Source: Octopus vulgaris (Eukaryota). Taken from it: 64,000 nucleotides of DNA. The position numbers and the translations under genes are program-made. Below are positions 13,250 through 26,656 of this stretch, piece after piece (position 1 is the first letter of the stretch; the number at the start of each line of letters is the position of its first letter). The notes under the pieces are model-generated. The model had not been told where the DNA came from and ran no database searches. It saw nothing but the letters and a program-made list of their open reading frames with translations. Where the stretch lies: positions 24,304,001-24,368,000 of the forward strand of contig OX597829.1 in the NCBI GenBank assembly GCA_951406725.2, written 5' to 3'.

Positions 13250-13625
13250 GCACAGGTGTGGCTGTGTGGTAGGAAGCTTGCTTCCCAACCACATGGTTTT
13301 GGGTTCAGTACCAGTGCATGCCACCTTGGGCAAGTGTCTTCTACTATAGACTTGGGCCAACCAAAGACTTGTGAGTGGATTTGGTAGACAAAAACTGAAA
13401 GCCCATCGATATATATATATGTGTATATGTGTGTGTGGTCTTTGTGACTGTGTATCCCCCACCACTGTACGACAACTGGTGTTTGTGTGTTTATATCCCT
13501 GTAAACTAGCAATTTGGCAAAGGAAACTGATAAAGTAAGTATTGGTGTGATTCATTCGATTAAAAATTCTTCAAGGCGGTGCCCTAACAAGGCCACAGTC
13601 TAATGACTGAAACAAGTAAAAGGTA
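13250..13625 (+). mobile_element. tRNA-derived SINE, same family
   Basis: Colinear similarity to 12428-12832. Confidence 0.8.
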
Positions 13626-13879
13626 AGAGACGAAAGAGAGATGCCCACACACAGTCTCCAATGCTGGCATGCAATCTTTCTATTAAAGTCACTAATCTCA
13701 GCAACTAATCTAGGTTTCTACTTAATGAAATAACGATAATAATTATGTTCCATATTTACATCTTACGTATTTCTGTGTCTATTTATAACTTTCTGTGTGG
13801 CCTGACTGCCGACCACCAACACATCTTGTGTCCATTTCCCATGTTCGTGTTCCTGCCTTTAGGCTTTCACTTCATACAC

Positions 13880-14200
13880 GCCAGCTCAATTTGATTCGTT
13901 CTCAATCAGTGAAATTACCTTCGATGAAACATTAAATGCTGTTAAACAGTTCAAAACCAGCAAATTGTGTGGTGTAGATAATGTGCCTCCAAAGGTTCTT
14001 TTGAATCCCAAGTCACTTCTTTTACTGCTTATAATTCTAAATTCTTACATCACTTGTCAAGATCCGTAGGAATTCAAGCAGAACAACATTGTTCCTGTTC
14101 CACAAAAAGGGAGATCTATAAGAATACGGTTTGTATCACAGCATTAGCCTGATGTCAATGCTCTACCTAACTCTTCAACCGTATTATGTTCAATTGCATT
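13880..14200 (+). pseudogene. Old LINE reverse transcriptase remnant
   Basis: DETLNAVKQFKTSKLCGVDNVPPK and IVPVPQKG motifs, frameshifted. Confidence 0.55.
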
Positions 14201-14336
14201 AATTGAAGGAAGGGTTAAAAGCAAACTTCAACACAGCACTATTTGAACTCAGAACTTAAATGAAAATAAAAATTTTGTCTGACACTACACTGAATCTCCC
14301 TCCACTCGGTCTAAGCATTATTTTAAAAAGAAATCT

Positions 14337-14685
14337 ACCAACCACAAGGTTCCGGATTCAGTCCCACTGCGTAGCACCTTAGGCAAGTGTCTTCTACTAT
14401 AGTCTCGGGCCGACCAAAGCCTTTGTGGGTGGATTTGGTAAACGGAAACTGAAAGAAGCCCGTCGTATATGTATGTGTGTGTGTATGTCCCCCCCCACAC
14501 ACACACACACATCGCTTGACAACCGATGCTGGTGTGTTTACGTCCCCGTAACTTGGCAGTTCGGCAAAAGTGACCGATAGAATAAGTACTAGGCTAACAA
14601 GGAATAAGTCCCGGGGTCAATTTATTCGACTAAAGCTGTGCTCCAGCATGGCCGCAGTCAAATGACTGAAACAAGTAAAAGAAAG
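14337..14685 (+). mobile_element. 5'-truncated tRNA-derived SINE, CpGs retained
   Basis: Similar to 12428-12832. Confidence 0.8.
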
Positions 14686-15403
14686 TAAGACAAAGATCAA
14701 TTTGAAGTCAAAGATACGGGTATTGACACGGTACATAGTCATCTAATTCCCACACAACTCCACTACTAAATTATCGTAAAATCAGGTATCCAGAAACACT
14801 GAGAACATACTGCATAACAAAGCAGAAGAAAGCCAATGAATTAACAACGACTGGGAATTGAAACCCAAGTTATAGACTCAGCTCCGTTTTAAGCCATAGA
14901 AAGAAAGACTCTTGGTAAACCTTTCACAAAGGCTCTGTTATAAAGTGTATTCAGAACGAAGTCAATCTGATAAAGTCCAGTGTGAGAGAGAGCAAAAGTA
15001 AGGGACCATTAAAAGTTTAGCTATTGTAAACTTATTTATTTAACAACAAACTGTCAAACAGCAAAATCCAGGGAAGATGGGTGTCAACTATGAAACTGAA
15101 TCAATAACTGATATTTTCATTGGTTTGTACTTAGTTACCCTTGGAATGTTGTCTTGAATGACATGTCATAACACCAAGTTATTGTGTATCTTTCTTTCTT
15201 GTGTGTGAAGAGGGAAGGTTTCTAATTTATACGTCTAAACAACGCAAGGCGCGAAGTAACACAAAAGATTATTCAAAATATACTTTTTACCTATGAAGTG
15301 CAATAGAGAAATATAACTAGATCAATAGCTATACATAAATCTTGAATTCGCCGTCATCTGTTGAAATACAAACACATGAGAAAATGGGAGTTTTTATAAC
15401 TAA

Positions 15404-15918
15404 CTAGCAGTATCGCCCGGCGTTGCTCGGGTTTGTAAGGGAAATAACTATATAAGCATTTTTAGAGAGTTACTTCCCTTATAAATGCCAATTCGGGCTT
15501 TCTTAGCCATTTCTGTTTTGGTGTCTTCAAGCCATGAAGTCGTTGTTCTAAAGGAACGCTGGTCTCCTTGACAACGCTTTACGACGTTGATTTCCTTACA
15601 CTCCCTTCCCCACAGCTTCACGAGGGAGGGAAGAAGGGGGAGAAGCAAACAGGTGCAGGTGTGACCATGGACGCCAACTCCGCCGCCATCGACATACGAT
15701 GCATTTTATGCATTAAAATGGAATAAAAAATGATGTTAAATTATTTTTAAAATCGTAGACTCATCGTAGACGCGCGCTAATAGCCAGACGGGCTCGATAT
15801 GAATCACGACTATAAGATACCCGAATTTGGTTAAACTGCACCGCAAAATGTGGGAGTAGTTAGGAATCTAAATCGAAGGGGACAGACACTCACACAACTA
15901 CAGTTTTATATATAGAGA
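15404..15918 (-). mobile_element. Non-autonomous Helitron
   Basis: Minus strand A|TCTCTATATATAAAACTG ... CCCG agcaacgc CGGG cgatactg CTAG|T: 5' TC, 3' hairpin plus CTAG, AT target, no TSD. Confidence 0.85.
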
Positions 15919-18439
15919 TTTAACTTGATTCCACTTGTACGTATTGAATGAGTTAAAAATAGAACGAATTATAGTCGAAGAAATATTTTGTAAACAGTTT
16001 TTAATCCAGTGGCTTTATTGCTTATTAGCAGAGTCAAATTGAAATATCTTTAGTATGCTGTATAGAGAAGCCTGAACAATTTTCGAACAGGGATTTTCGT
16101 AAGATAAGATGAAAAGATATATAATTTTGTGTATTGTGTACTAAAAAACACACCCCAATTTTTACTTTCGTAATTTTTACCCCACCTCTCCCTCTCTCTC
16201 TTTACATTAGAATAAGTACTAATCAGGCACTAAGTCAATTAATTTAATTGTACCCAATTATCAAAACTGGTTGACTTGCGTCAAGGTTAAAAATCGATCA
16301 TTAATTCGCCCTTAATGACTTGACTTTTATAAAAAAAAAAAAAAATAGACACACTCCTTTCCTAACCGCACCTGTAATGAGTTTAAGACTTTGGTAGTTA
16401 CCTATAAATTTAAATTAATTTCAGAAAAAATTCAAGAGTATGTACTATAAAAATAAGCAGGAAACTAATAGAACTTGAAGAGATAATCAAAAATAAGGGT
16501 CAGAGGTAGTAAGGAAGAAAGAAAATATAATACCTTTGAACTTAATCAATTAGAGAAAAAAAAGAACATTATTTAGAAAATGGAGTGAATTCATGTTTTT
16601 TTTTTTTTTATTATTTTTTCTAGTAGTGTCAAAACAAGGAAGAATAAATAGGGCATTTTTTTACACGTAAGACTGAAACTAAAAATACTTTAAAATAAAA
16701 CAAGAGATTGACCTAAATCCATTCCATATCTATGAGAACCGACGTTGAAAACCTGTCTCGTAAATCTTCCGTTCTCAAGAAATTGCTATTTCATTAGAAT
16801 TATTTCAATTCACAAACGATAAATCTTCCTAGATTCTATTTTAAAAGAGAATTCACACTATCCTATAGCTAAACCTACCAATCTGCAAAATAATCTGGAC
16901 CAACAGTTTGTTTGTGATGTATTTAATAGTGTTTTTTTTTTAAATGTATGTATATATTTGTGTTTGTGCGAACATACACAAAGCCGTTTATAGTGATCAC
17001 TTTGAGACAGAGCCGTTTATAACAGGTTAATAAACATTAAGTGGAATAACATTTTGAATATGTTTAAGGGCCAACTATTTTTTTATAACAAGAGTCGTTT
17101 TGCTAACAGCATTTTCAATTATAATAAGCGGCTCCCGCGTGAATGCATTCATAAATGCAAAGTATTGTTTGCAAGCAATGCATTGTTAAAATGTTATTGG
17201 TGTTTTGCCACAAGTCAGACTAGATCTACTTGGATAATTGATCGAATAAAGACGTTTCAGTTATGAACATTGTTTGTTTGGGTTTTTTTTTTGTTGTTGT
17301 TCTTATTTCATTCACACACAGTGTACCTAGGACTATATCATTCAATATATCATCGCCACCTTCTTTTAGATATGTTATGGTGATATGAAATACATCTGGC
17401 TGCTGTTTCTAGCAGTCTCATACCGCGTACGAGGCTATACTGGGCCTGATATATAAATATCGTTGTTGCTGTTCAAGCCCCTGCTCTCGATCCAGCAGAC
17501 TGTTCCAAGCGTGACGATCCATTTTTCTTTCTTTTTTTTTTTAAATTGAAACAAATACATCTAAAACAATATACTAAATGCCAACGATTTTTAAAGGCAT
17601 TAGAATGTGATTAAAAGGAGGGGCGAAATTTTCATGCACTTCAAGCATAGAAGCTTATTAAGCAGAAATATATTTGTGGTGAATATACAGGCATTTGTGT
17701 ATGTACATATGTGTGTGTGTGTGTGTAAGAAAGAGGGGGAGGGAGAGAAGAGGGAGAAAAAGAGTGAGAAAGAGATAGGGAAGAGGGAGACGGGGGGAAG
17801 TAGGACGGAACATCAGGTATTAAAACATATAATTTGGGTCTCTTAGCAAAAGCCATCAATATTAATGTGATTCGGAAATCTTCACATCAATGGTAGTAGG
17901 GGAGAGTGAGAAACGTCGATATTTTTAATGTCGAGGACATACAATAAACAAAATAAATAAACCAGTAATTTCAATATCGCCTTCTCCTCTTCCGTCTCCC
18001 AACCACCGACACAAATCATTATCTCATGCAAGAAAAGAAAAAAATCAATCACAATTAACATTGTAATTATTTGTTAAACATTAGACGATATACGGAGACA
18101 ATTAAAAAAAAAATAACAATACTTATAAAATAATAACAATAATATATTCATTATTAGCCACAAGGGCGAGAGGTTTCACATGTTACATAGCGTGTATCAT
18201 AATATTGATGTATTCTTTTGATGGGAAAATATGAAAAATTCAGCAAAAGATTTTAAAATATGGAACCATCTGTTCACTCATCCGCCACAATACTACACTC
18301 ATGAATAGTCGTAGATTTTATGCATCCATGCATGCATAGATATATATGTGCATACACGCACATTCATGCGTAGTCATGCATGCATATGTACACACGTTTT
18401 GTGTGTGTGTGTGTGTATACATACACACATATACAGAGA

Positions 18440-18860
18440 GATATGCATACGTATAAATACACATAAATGTATATAAATATACAAATGTATATACGAGGCA
18501 TAGACATACTTGATACACACACACACACATGTATTCATCATCATCATCGTCTTAATGTTCACTTATCCATGCTTACTGGCGAAATCCACTGAGGAAATTT
18601 CCTACAGCCAGATGCCCTTCCTTGTTTCCCAGTACAATGGACATGTTTTCACAGAAAACATGTATATACAAATATAAACAAGGCTTGGCGACAGGAAGAG
18701 CATCCGGCCGTAGGAAATTTCTTCAGTAAGCATATATAAATGAACATGAAGACGATGATGATGATGTACACGTGTGTGTGTGTGTGTATTAAGTATATCT
18801 ATGCCTCGTATATACATTTGTATATTCATATACATTTATGTGTGTTTGTATGTATGCACA
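18440..18860. repeat. Diverged local inverted duplication (about 190-bp arms)
   Basis: ORFs 18374-18562(-) and 18740-18973(+) translate almost identically; arms are reverse complements. Confidence 0.8.
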
Positions 18861-19016
18861 ACTATGTATATATATATATGTGTGTGTGTGTGTATGTATC
18901 CATTTTGGTCAGCCTGAATCTAAGGCCCAAGATGTCACACAGTGAGAAAGGGCCTAGAACCATATGTGACTGAGAAGCAACCACATGACCACATTATATA
19001 TATATATATATATATA

Positions 19017-19546
19017 TAAAGTTAATCCAAACAAGAAAGCACCAAAAAAACACAACGCGAGTACGTGGAACAAATATAGTATTATTGGACGCTCAGGAAA
19101 GAAGGAGGGTTTAACGTTTCGAGCAGAGCTCTTCGTCGGAAACATAGGAGAAGGAAAGATCCAGAGAAGGGAAGACAGAATATATATATATATATAAAGT
19201 TAATCAAACAAGAAAGCACAAAAAAAACACAACAATGCGTGGACGTGGAACAAATATAGTATTATTGGACGCTCAGGAAAGAAGGAGGGTTTAACGTTTC
19301 GAACAGAGCTCTTCGTCGGAAACATAGGAGAAGGAAAGATCCAGAGAAGGGAAGACAGAATATATATATATATATATATATATAAAGTTAATCCAAACAA
19401 GAAAGCACAAAAAAAACACAACAATGCATGGACGTGGAACAAATATAGTATTATTGGACGCTCAGGAAAGAAGGAGGGTTTAACGTTTCGAGCAGAGCTC
19501 TTCATCGGAAACATAGGAGAAGGAAAGATCCAGAGAAGGGAAGACA

Positions 19547-19585
<39 letters not shown>

Positions 19586-19760
19586 TAATCCAAACAAGAA
19601 AGCACAAAAAAAACACAACAATGCGTGGACGTGGAACAAATATAGTATTACTGGACGCTCAGGAAAGAAGGAGGGTTTAACGTTTCAAGCGGAGCTCTTC
19701 ATCGGAAACATAGGAGAAGGAAAGATCCAGAGAGGAGAAGACAGAGGAAAAAAAATCACC
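19017..19760 (-). repeat. Tandem array of four about 165-bp units separated by (TA)n, each with a hammerhead-like motif
   Basis: Units start at about 19017, 19196, 19384 and 19581; motif GTTT CCGAYGA A GAGC tct GCTC GAAAC GTT AAAC (minor stem II variants) at 19109-19143, 19289-19323, 19478-19512 and 19675-19709. Confidence 0.85.
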
Positions 19761-20109
19761 AATGGTACCCATGCGTTTCAGTATACATTCACTAGCTTTT
19801 CCCATTAGCTTAATAACAGCACTGGTGCCTCCAGGACTGAGCGGGCCCCAATGATAATGGTGCAAAACCATGATGATATTTTGGTTCATTGACTGTCGAG
19901 GAAAACTCAACTGCAAATATTCCTTGTGTTGTGAGTTTGTCTTTATTTCCCTGTCCATTAAGTTTTCATCCAGCTTCTTGTTTGCCCTCCTTTCATCTAA
20001 ATTTTTCTCTTTGTTGTGTTCTCTCTGTTCAACCCTTGATACATCCATGTAGCACAACACACACCCTGTTTGTATACATACATTCATGCATACATACATG
20101 GTGAGATCC

Positions 20110-20432
20110 CCTTCGGTCACGACACTGACCATGGGATTGCACCTAGAAAGTTACCCTCCCAGGCACAAGTCTGGGCAAGGTTGTTTATGGAAGACCAGCA
20201 GTCACCCATGCATACCGGCCTCCCCTCTCCATGCCACCAGTGTTATTCAAGGGAAAGGTAAAGGCCGATACAGCTTGGCACCTGTGACGTCACAACTCAT
20301 TTCCATAGCTGAGTTCAACATGAAATAAAGTGTCTTGCTCAAGAACACAACACGCAGCCCGGTCCGGGAATCGAACTAACAAACTCAGCATCGTAAGCTC
20401 GACATTCTAACCACTGAGCCATGCACCTTCAC
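20110..20432 (-). mobile_element. tRNA-derived SINE (second family)
   Basis: Minus strand head gaaggtgcatggctcagtggttagaatg..gttcgattcccgg..gtgttcttgagcaagacac. Confidence 0.75.
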
Positions 20433-20595
20433 CATACATACATACATCCAGCAGTATCAACAAGTTTGTTTTGGCATAAGCACACTTTAAGTTGGTTAAA
20501 ATATGTTTGTGACATATTTCAACTTCTTCAGGTACCTGGAGAAAAAGTTCTCTCTTATGTGTAAAAACTGCCCAACCCAAACTTATATTACATCA

Positions 20596-20717
<122 letters not shown>

Positions 20718-21015
20718 TAAATGATGTAATGTAAATTCAGGTAGGGCAAAACCTGGTGTATTCCTTTTGCAACAATCAGTACTAACTCCTGAAGTATTCT
20801 CATATTAAACCTGGTATTTATGGGAGTCTGACTGGTGCAGGAACTCTTGGTGCTTATCACTGGTATAACTGGAGTGTACCAATTTTGTAGAGTGAAATAT
20901 ATAAAAGACAGGAAGGAAGATGAAGATATCAATGTAGCATAGGTTTCGTATTGATTACAATTTATGTGTGTGTGTATACACACACAGATATATATTTGTA
21001 TATATATATAGACAA

Positions 21016-21200
21016 TACCAGTGGTCTACGACCGCTAGACCACTGGTAACTGAGAATCTTTCTTTCTTGCCAGACCACTGGTAACTGAGAATCTTTCTTT
21101 CTTGCCAGACCACTGGTAACTGAGAATCTTTCTTTCTTGCCAGACCACTGGTAACAGAGAATTTTTATTTCTCGCTAGACTACTGGTAACTGAGAATTTT
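21016..21200. repeat. 13-bp hairpin followed by 35-bp minisatellite (about 4.7 copies)
   Basis: taccagtggtcta-cgaccgc-tagaccactggta; unit agaccactggtaactgagaatctttctttcttgcc at 21037, 21072, 21107, 21142 and 21177. Confidence 0.9.
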
Positions 21201-21249
21201 TCAATGAATATTCTTGCTACCCTAAGATTTTAATTAATGATAAAATATT

Positions 21250-21293
<44 letters not shown>

Positions 21294-23034
21294 TGTATAT
21301 ACATATATATTTGTGAATGGATTTGGTAGATAGAAAGTGTGTGTGTGAGTATGTTTGTGTGTGTGTGTGTGTGAGTATGTTTGTGTGTGTGTGTAAATAT
21401 GCGTGTCTCTTGTCTTTACATCAAGTGATTATTGTAAATGAATGCCATTCATATACAGTATTCTGCGAAAACATATCAGGTCATAGGGAAATATTACCTT
21501 GCTTAGATACAGGTAAGGCATCAAGCAAAAGGAAGAACATCCTATCATAGGAGATCTGCTTTAATAAACTTGGTTTGATTCATGCAAGTATGGAAAAGTG
21601 AGCATTAAAATGATGGTGGTATCAAACATGCTCTCATGGAGGACTATATACCAAATGGTGTCATTTGTCTACAATCTCCCATGTACACATGTCCTGTGAT
21701 TTGGTTGCACTTCTTTGAAGGACTATGAGAAATATTATTTTACATGGAAACAGATAAGAGTTGGTGACAGGAAAAGCATCCAGCCAAAGAAAAAATGTTT
21801 CTACAACTTTTATCTGATCCATGCAAGATGGAAAAGTGAACCTAGGATGGTACTTTGGATAAGTATCTTGTGCTATAGCCCAAGAACAACCACTGCCTTG
21901 TGATAGAATTTGGTAGATTGAAACTGTAGGAAATCCATCATATATGTGCACATGTATGGAAGCTAATTTGCATGAATGTTAATATTCTACACTTATCACA
22001 GTTTGAGCAAAACAGCGATGAAGTTGACATTATGACCAGTCACTCTGTCACCTCCACATTAAAGAAAAATCCCTTACTTTGTAAATAGTTATCAGAGGAG
22101 ACTGAAATGGTATGAGCATGTGAAGTGGACAGAGGATATTAGAAGAAACTGAAGTGAAAAGTAATCTCAAGATGTTAGATATGATGAAGGAAATGACAGT
22201 GTTGACTAGTGAGATACAGTGGTGCAGAAGATCCAACTCCCATACAAGATTCATAAAACACTAGGGCCATACATGCAATCATCTACAGCCTATTGACTAT
22301 TCTATAATCTCTCTTCTCCACACTTTCCCTTCTCTTACTCATTGTATTATGTCGCCTGTAACAGAGAGGAAACCACTCAATCTGTGCATATTGGGCATAC
22401 TCCTCATCCTACATCCACATCTTGCTACTTTCTGGATCATGATGCTTGAGTTGGGAGAAAGGATTTACCCTCAACCAAATCTTCTGACACCACATTCATT
22501 TGGACATGTCACCTTGAGGATATTCTCCAGTTCCTCCTCATCACCTTCATGCACCAGTCTACCTACCCATATATAACACAGGGTAATACTGCCCTCTCCT
22601 ATTCAACCCACTTCACCAACCTTATCATTCTCTGACTCTCTCTCTCTCTCCCTAACCCTAAATGCTACTTTTTTGCTTTCCCTCCTATCACCTTCTTCCC
22701 TAGCACTATCTTTGTAAGTTCATCACCTACAGTCTCTTCCCAACAAAGAAATCTGTCCAACTCCAATAAGAACTGACTTACATCCTGACAAACCATTCAA
22801 TCCATGCAGGCATAGAAAGCAGACATAATGTAATGATGATTATAGTGTGGGGAGGAATTGGTACAATAGAAAAATAGAACTCAAAATATGAATATATGTA
22901 TATTTTTAATATTTAGCAGAAGGAGCAGTGTAATTCAAAGTCCAAGAGTTTCATGCATTGGCACTTACAAAACACACACACACACAAACATATAAATATG
23001 GGGGAACACTAGATACCTACTAGATACCTACTAT

Positions 23035-23233
23035 CCGGGTTGCGGATCCGTGGAACAAGCTGCCAGATGAGATGGTGAAGATGCCGACGACCGCTTTGTT
23101 CAAAGCCTCCCTGGACCTCAAGTGGCCTGAACTCTTTACATGAACACCACCCTGTACTTAACTCCATGTCCCCCTACATGGCCTTGCTATTTGCTTTTGA
23201 GCCAAATTAACTAACTAACTAACTAACTAACTA
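23035..23233 (+). mobile_element. CR1-like LINE 3' end
   Basis: PWNKLPDEMVKMPTTALFKASLDLKW followed by a (CTAA)n tail. Confidence 0.75.
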
Positions 23234-24411
23234 CTTGACCAATCCCATCACTCTTACCTTTAATTACCTCTCTCTTTCACACTTACTCCTAACATTACTC
23301 TTCATTAACTCCCACCTGTCTCCTATATTATCCCCCTCCACCCAACTCTCTTATTTCTCTCCACTACCATCCTCTCACAACAATAAATCTGTTTCTTTCA
23401 TTATATTTTAACCTCTACTGTTGAGTTGTGGAGGCTCTCCTTCATCATGCAAGCTATAAAGTGAATCTCCCTCACCCCCCGATAATGTTGGTACCACAAA
23501 AGAAAGCTTCCAGTTCACTATGTAAGTGGTTGGTGAAGAAAAGCTTACTAGTGTTAGTGTCATGAATAAGTAGTGCTCTAGTACACTTTATAAATTGATT
23601 GGTATTAGGAAGGACATCTAACCATAGAAATGATAACAAAACTGGGATACTAAAGCAAAATTGGTACAACATAGAAAATGAATGTAAAATGATGATGATA
23701 TTGATGATATGTGTGCATCTATTATTTTCCCTTACTTTCCCATTCTATTCACAATAATTTTTTCTACTCTTCCTTTTTAGTTTTCTATACTTTATCTTCT
23801 CTTCTTTCTCTCTCTCTCCCTCACATACACATATAACCTAATATTCTCCCCACTTTTTTTTTCACGTTCCCTTTTGATGGGAATTCAACCCACTTTTTTT
23901 TTTCCTTTCCTTATTCCCAAAAAGAAAAGCTCTACTTTGTATTTTGTTCATTCTGTGTTCAGCCCTGCATGGCCAATAACGAAATCTATCCTCAGACACT
24001 TTCTTCAACCTTCCTACCTTCTCTCCTTCAGACATAGTGTATCGAGGACTACATTATGGAATGAGTAGTTCTTACTGATAATACAATAAGGATATGAGTC
24101 TGCAGTACTGTTAGACAACAAGGGTATGATTCTACAGTACTTTTAGCATGTCAAATGATTGTGCTCAGAAGGTTTCCTTCTCTAACATACTTCTTAATTC
24201 ATCTGATATTCTATATTCTTTCTATAGAAAATGAATTGGCTTTCATCACTTCCTTATTTTGACCAGTATGACAGAGTACTCACCATGTGTATTTCTTGAT
24301 ACATGCATAATACTGAGTAAGGAAATATAACAGGGTTCTAATACCATTAAAGAAATGGCCATGCTCAATATGCAGAAAAGGAGGGGGTAGAAATTGCACA
24401 CAGTATGCCAT

Positions 24412-24468
<57 letters not shown>

Positions 24469-25059
24469 CATTTAATATCCACCTTCCATGCTAGCATTGG
24501 TTGGATGGTTTGACAGAAGCTAGTAACCCAAAGAGCTGTCAAGCTCCACTGTCCGCTTTAGTGTAGCTTTTATGGCTGAATGCCTTTCCTAATGCCAACC
24601 ACCTTATAGAGAGGCCTAGGTGTATTTTATATGGCACCAGTATTGGTGTGGTTACCTAGTTACTTGCAAGACAAAGATCCCTCGAGAGTGAGAAGTGATA
24701 CTGAGGGAAGTGTCTTTGTACCAGGTGATGAGGGGTTTGAGTATGAATAGAGGGACAGAAACAGGTGTCATGCTGTGGAGAAGATGCATAGTTACCCCAG
24801 TCAAAGAGAGAGAGAGAGTGCGAGTGAGAGTAAGAAAGAGTGAGAGATAGCGATGCTCCAGGACATACTCTCAAGGGACAAGGAGATAAATATAAATATA
24901 AATGGCATGGTAGAGAAATGCCTAGGGTGTATGAGCAGGGAATTCAGGACAGTGCAAAGCAAGAGAGGGGAGGGGAAGGAGGAGTGCAATTAGTGGTGAC
25001 ACATGGGTACATGGGGAGGGAGGGGCAACAAGGTATACACAGAAACAATAAGCACTGAG

Positions 25060-25470
25060 GACTTTCTCAAATGTTCAGATGGCTTTCTTGAGGTTGTAAA
25101 TAATTTCTGGTACCGAGGTGACCAGATTAGCAGTGATGGAGGATGATCTGAAAGTATTGTTGCTAGAATAAGAATAGGAAGAAGGAAGTTCAGAGAGCTT
25201 ATTACCTCTGTTAGCAACAAAAGAGTTTTCTCTCTCAGAGTGAAAGGCTGATTGTATGATGCTTGTGTACAAACAGCTGTGCTCCATAGTAGTGAGACAT
25301 GAGCCCTGAATGCTGACAACATGCATAGACTGAAGAGGAATGAAGCTAGTATGCTCCAATGGATATCCAACAGCAGTATGCATGTATGACAAATAGGTTG
25401 AGAGAAAATCTGGGCATAAGAGAATGTGAGAGAGAACTCAACATTGGTTTGGACATGTGATGCATATGAA
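25060..25470 (+). pseudogene. RTE-clade LINE RT C-terminal fragment
   Basis: SESIVARIRIGRRKFREL, LYDACVQTAVLHSSET*ALNADNMHRLKRNEASML, LTLVWTC region; stops and frameshifts. Confidence 0.8.
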
Positions 25471-26622
25471 TAAGGCATCTAAGTAAGATTGTTCTTTATA
25501 TATATATATATATATATATCAAAATAAGCATTGCTTATTTTGATTTTAATCACCTTACTTTGAAATTGTATGGATAATACCGTATTAAATTCTAGTGCCT
25601 CAACTTAAGTACCATATACATCTGAATCTAAATTTTTGATATATATATATATATATTTACATACATATCTCAATACACACACACATACACGTGTGTGTGT
25701 ATGTGTGTGTAAAACAAGAGGAGGGGTGGCTACAAAGCATGCAGTAAGAGAAAGAAATGCTAAAGAGCATCCTAGAGATGTAGGGGTAGATTACAAGATA
25801 AAGTTGGGTGGCAACAGAGGTACAGAAGAGATTGTACTGATTGGAGTACAATCAGATGAGAATAACAAAGGAGATGTGATGGCCAGGTGAGGATGCAAAA
25901 TGAAGGGAAATATGTAAGGTGATAGAGTGATAAGGTAGTCATCTTCCATACACATCACATGTCCATATTAACAAATCCTTCCTCTCTTGTATACTGCATC
26001 TGATTCCTCTTATACCCAGGTTTTCTTTCAGTTCATTTATACTCTGCTATTCATGCACACTAATGTTGCACATCCAGAACATGCTAACTTCCTTTCTTTC
26101 TAGTCTTTGCAAGTTTTCAGTATTCAAGGCCAATGACCATGCAACATTACACACACACACAAATACATATATGTAATTCATCATTATCAATTAACATCCA
26201 CCTGTAAAAAAGCTAGAGAGGAATAAAGCTAGATGTGTAGTGTCAGTTTGTACTGCCGAGTATAAAAGGAATTAGATGTAGTGTGCAAGAGAGAGATTAT
26301 ATTGATATAGTGTATGGATGATAGCAGAGGGATAAAGAAGTGCCAGGATATTTAGAGTAGACATTGACAGAAATAGTTAAAGCTAATGTCCATCAAACCA
26401 ATGCGAGCATAGAAAAGGGAACAGAAAGAGTGTGTGTTTGTGTGTGTGTGTGTGTGTGCGTGAGTATGTGTGTGCATACACTATATACACAACATACACA
26501 CACACACATGGTGTATACAAGGGATTGCAAGTCAAGCTGTGTCTGAAGATTTACAGATGGGGAATGTTCTACATATTTATACACATATGGTATATGTATC
26601 TATTATGATTTTATTATATTTA

Positions 26623-26656
<34 letters not shown>

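Noticed and set aside
19017-19760. CRISPR-like or coding repeat
   Set aside because: Units are long and spacers are (TA)n; ORFs over it are incidental
19760-20066. Minus-strand 151-aa ORF with a charged stretch as a host exon
   Set aside because: No recognisable domain, weak splice signals, and it runs into repeats at both ends
21037-21200. CRISPR-like 35-bp repeats
   Set aside because: No unique spacers, no cas genes and a eukaryotic context
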